From: Octopus sinensis
Lineage: Eukaryota
Direction of reading: 5' to 3'
DNA length: 64,000 bases
Assembly: GCF_006345805.1 (NCBI RefSeq)
Contig: NC_043022.1
Span: 7,874,001 to 7,938,000 of the forward strand
Shown here: positions 60,831-64,000 of the stretch, piece by piece
Layout: each line of letters begins with the position of its first letter
Numbering within the stretch: the stretch's first letter is position 1
Translations under genes and position numbers: made by a program
Notes under the pieces: generated by a model
Database searches by the model: none
What the model was told of the DNA's origin: nothing
Seen by the model: the letters and a program-made list of their open reading frames with translations, nothing else

Positions 60831-62267
60831 TATATTACAGACACACACACACATTGGCAGAATTGTTAATGGGCCAGGCAAAATGCTTGGTGGTATTTCA
60901 ATCATTTTTACATTCTGGGTTCAAATTCCATCAAGCTTGAGTTTGCCTTTCATCCTTTTAGGATTGATAAAATAAGCACCAGTTGAATACTGGGGTCGAT
61001 GTACTTGATTTACCCCTCCCCCAAATTGCTGGCCTTGTGCCAAAATTTGAAATCAAATTATTTATCGACTTATTTACTTTGGCAAAAATTGTTACAAAAT
61101 TTGTATTTTTTAAGAACTAACAAAATTAATATATTTCTCTTTTGCTTAAATATAAATTGGGAAAAAATAATCAATCCAAAACATAATTTAATTTTTTAAA
61201 AAGTAAATAAATAGATTAAAAAAAAACCTTTAAAAATATTTTATTTGAAACCACAATACTTTTATTTGAAATTATTATAGAATTATATCAGATTTGTTAT
61301 TAATCATAGTTTTAGCATCCAGATTATTCCCATATAATAGTAATTAATTTTTTTTATTTGTTTAGCTCTTTGTTGTTTTTCTGCTTCTTCTTCATCCTAA
61401 CACTTTCCTTCCACATATAGACACACACACACCACCACCGCCAGCATCGTATCTCCCTATCCCTACATCCAAAAACTGATTAAAATGTTGGATTACAAGT
61501 CAATAGGTTATCAGCTGAAATTTTGCCATCGACATTATGTTACTTCAAAACTATATTCCTTGTCTCCCACCAGCGCCTTCTCATTTCTTTTTTAAATGCT
61601 ACTATATATGACTTCAGCTGTTTACATAAGTGTTATGTTTACTGTGTGACTTAAAATGTTCTGGATATGACTTTATAATGGTAATCCAGCAATGGAGGCC
61701 CTAGTTCAGGAATTAAAAAGGTTTTGAAGAGTGTGGAACTACCTCCTAGTTACTGTCGTTCCTGGGTTAACTCGGCTATGGAGCAATGACACTTATCAGG
61801 GTCCCAATTATGGATTAACGAGCATGTTAGGAAAGAAGCCCCAAGCACAAACCATCCCAGCCTTGTGAGTGCTTTGAGAAAGGTAAAAACTAGGGGAGTC
61901 AACTTCAACCTCAAATCAAGGAGAAAACCCCTCAGGTGGTCCAGTGTTCTCTTTCATGCCCTTCAAAGAACTCCAGCGTAGGTAAGAGATCTCTAGCCCT
62001 GAAAGGCATTTCACCTAGGAGAAGGTCATTCCAAAGTAAAAACCTACAGTTTGGTGGTCACTGCACCTGTCTTAGCCCACTGAGCCACTGTGGTCAGCCC
62101 TTCAAGCCTAAAGAGTGGGATCAGATTTTACAGACTGACCCTCACTTTAAAGCTATGTACCTAGAAAAGGCAGGCAAGAAGAAAAGCCCTACAGTATCAA
62201 GGGTTGGTTTATATAGCCACTTGAAGGTGGGCTGCTCTCCCTCATGATCTTCAGACATGAAGAAACT

Positions 62268-62460
62268 GCCATCATCATCATCATCGTCATCATCATAATC
62301 ATTGTCGTCATCATCATCATCATCATTATCATCATCGTTATCTTCATCATATCATCATCATCATTGTCATCGCCATCATTGCCATCATCATCATTGTCAT
62401 TGTCACCACCACTGTCATCATGTTTACTGTCATTGTTACTGCTGCTGCTGTTGCTGTTTC
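62268..62460. repeat. (CAT)n/(GCT)n degenerate trinucleotide repeat
   Basis: Directly visible. Confidence 0.9.
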
Positions 62461-62684
62461 CTGTTGTGTCGGTATGTTTTGCAGGATGACCAAAGTTGAT
62501 CCAATATTGTGGCATTAGAACATGACACCTGGAACTGTTCTCGTGTTTCAAGTTTAGTAAAAGGACGCAAACTGACAAGCTGCAGCATGTTGGTGTTAAG
62601 AAACTGGTCTCTTCTAGGTGAACCATTTGTCATTTACTTTCTTGCTCCTCTCTGCTGCTTTGCCTCATATCTGGTTAAGATAAC

Positions 62685-62689
62685 TTGAA

Positions 62690-62740
<51 letters not shown>

Positions 62741-63140
62741 TATAGATAGATAGATGGATGGATGGATGGATGGATGGATGGATGGATGGATGGATGGATG
62801 GATGGATGGATGGATGGATGGATGGATGGATGGATGGATGGATGGACGGACGGACGGACGGACGGACGGACGGACGGACGGACGGACGAATAGATGGGCG
62901 AACGGACGGACAGATAGATAGATAGATAGATAGATTGAAAGATAGATAAATAGATAGACAGACAGACAGACAAACAGATAGATAGATAGATTGACAGAAA
63001 GAGAGACAGACATACAGACAGACAGATAGATAGATAAATAGATAGACAGATAGAGAGACAGAGAGACAGACAGATATATAGATATATATATATATATAGA
63101 TAGATAGATAGATAGATCAGATAGATAGATAGATAGTCAG
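62685..63140. repeat. Compound tetranucleotide microsatellite (GATA)n-(GATG)n-(GACG)n-(GATA/GACA)n
   Basis: Directly visible. Confidence 0.95.
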
Positions 63141-64000
63141 ACAGACAGATTGACACATTGTGTGTTTACATCTCCATAACTTAGCAGTTTGGCAATAGAG
63201 ACTGATAGAGTAAGTACCAGACTTAATAATAAAAATAAGAACTGGATTCTATTTGTTGAACTAAAACCCATGGCTGCAGTTCAATGATTGAAGCAAGTAA
63301 AAGATCAAAGAAGATGTATATTATTCTTTCAATACATTTCCAATAATTTTAATTATGGACGATTGTGTGAAGCTCTTTGTAGAGTTTGTTCAGTTCTTGA
63401 TATAAATATATTACATTCACTGCACATCAAAACAGCAAACATTTTGAAGACATGTCATAAAGGAATTCTCAATCAAAACAAAATCTTGTAATTAACAACA
63501 CAAAAAGTAACAGGTATATATCTTATATTGTTAATTACTAAACATTGCTTAATTAGTAGATAATCATTGTTGCTCATTTTTGTATTTAGTTTACAAGATT
63601 CTTGATGTGTGGAAACATATTTTGTTGTATATTGGGAGGGTCAATATGTCAGTAATAAACATGCACACTAGTTCTGTTTCACTTCTTTATTATTTATTTG
63701 TCAATCGGTTAATCCTTTGACCAGTTAACTAATTGATTGTTTGATTGCTTGTTTGGCCAGTCAGTCAACGAGCTAGATTCATCAAAGTCCTTTTGTTGCC
63801 ATCCATGACCTCCTCAGTGGTATGTCCTCTAGCAGACTTGGAGTAGAAAGGACAGAGTTTATTGAGGCAGGTTTCTACAGCTGAATGCCCTTCCTGTCAC
63901 CAACCCATAACTATTTTCAAGCAAGGTCATATTCCTCATGGCCAGATATGTTTTTCACAGAAGACTGGAAATGGACGATATTGTTTATAATGGTAATTCT

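Noticed and set aside
61690-62245. 103-aa ORF in a GC-richer stretch
   Set aside because: No recognisable domain; it more likely represents old repeat or LINE 5' UTR sequence, which I could not classify.
62628-62660. Candidate 33-nt minus-strand exon (TTAACCAG|...|GTAAAT); others at about 41071-41105, 57763 and 9432
   Set aside because: Splice-like signals of this strength arise often by chance in 64 kb; no peptide was recognisable and no consistent chain could be built. RNA-seq is needed.

Overview
About 64 kb of AT-rich, repeat-saturated animal genomic DNA. The SINE/RTE repertoire looks to me like Octopus (coleoid cephalopod); this is recognition from memory, not a database match. No host protein-coding exon, rRNA, intact tRNA or CRISPR array can be supported, and most ORF-track entries are translations of microsatellites. 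The window is probably intronic or intergenic. It contains: decayed non-LTR retrotransposons (two stacked R4/Dong-like elements with RT, CCHC knuckle and REL endonuclease; an RTE with a PHD-type finger inside the RT; RTE and CR1-like fragments); Penelope-like element (PLE) GIY-YIG remnants; several Tc1/mariner relics and MITEs; non-autonomous Helitrons plus a Helitron Rep fragment; a probable solo LTR; three tRNA-derived SINE families; and a 100-N gap. The most interesting signal is a recurring PLE-linked pattern: about ten minimal hammerhead-ribozyme-like motifs, several long fold-back palindromes, and one palindrome whose arms each combine a tRNA-like Pol III head with a hammerhead-like tail (candidate PLE-mobilised SINE or retrozyme). 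Translations, alignments and folds were done by eye; element boundaries may be off by some bases.
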